From a virus (lineage: Duplodnaviria > Caudoviricetes), in the IMG/VR virus record IMGVR_UViG_3300048575_000438, positions 1 through 44,393 of that record: a stretch of 44,393 bases of DNA; one strand, 5' to 3'. The notes under the pieces were generated by a model. The model was not told the DNA's origin and searched no databases. It worked only from the letters and a program-made list of their open reading frames with translations. Shown here piece by piece: positions 44,172 to 44,393 of this stretch. The position numbers were made by a program, and so were the translations under genes. Position 1 is the stretch's first letter; the number at the start of each line of letters is the position of its first letter.

Positions 44172-44393
44172 ATGGCAGAATCATCTGGAAAAAAAAGACT
44201 TCCCGCATTGTTGCTGTGTTTGTTTCTTGGAGTTTTGGGAATTCATAGATTTTATGTCGGTAAGGTTGGAACCGGTATTCTCTGGTTGCTTACGCTTGGC
44301 CTCTTTGGCATAGGTACGCTTATTGATTTCATCATGATTATTGTGGGTTCATTTACTGATAAGCAGGGGAATTTCGTAAAAGACTGGTCCTGA
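44172..44393 (+). CDS. TM2 domain membrane protein (host)
   Basis: ALLLCLFLGVLGIHRFYVGK.GTGILWLLTLG.FGIG.LIDFI. Confidence 0.92.
   Translation: MAESSGKKRLPALLLCLFLGVLGIHRFYVGKVGTGILWLLTLGLFGIGTLIDFIMIIVGSFTDKQGNFVKDWS

Overview
Positions 1 to ~43035 are a near-complete temperate myovirus prophage, followed by ~1.3 kb of host DNA ending in a TM2-domain gene. A spirochaete (Treponema-like) host is inferred from the integrase N-terminus and the att sequence. The left arm has a tyrosine integrase and a leftward early region: Xis-like HTH, RecT/YqaJ, SF2 helicase, VRR-NUC, primase-helicase, Nmad5-like protein, a ~500-nt structured RNA locus (tRNA-Ser plus a tRNA-like RNA with a shortened anticodon arm) and a BRO antirepressor. 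Next come a cro/cI switch with three operators, lysogenic membrane and lipoprotein genes, a ParA/ParB operon, and an iteron/Z-DNA origin-like region beside a lambda-type cos candidate. The right arm has a lambda-like terminase, portal and S49 protease (with holin and endolysin inserted in the head module), a Mu-like capsid and contractile tail, spanins, a Dam-like methylase and a displaced opposite-strand neck-like gene. attR duplicates the 3' end of tmRNA or an Ala-accepting RNA. The most unusual signals are non-coding: the tRNA-containing structured RNA, a covarying pre-RBS hairpin found seven times, and twin late promoters sharing a hairpin. Product calls come from motif recognition by eye; no database searches were run.
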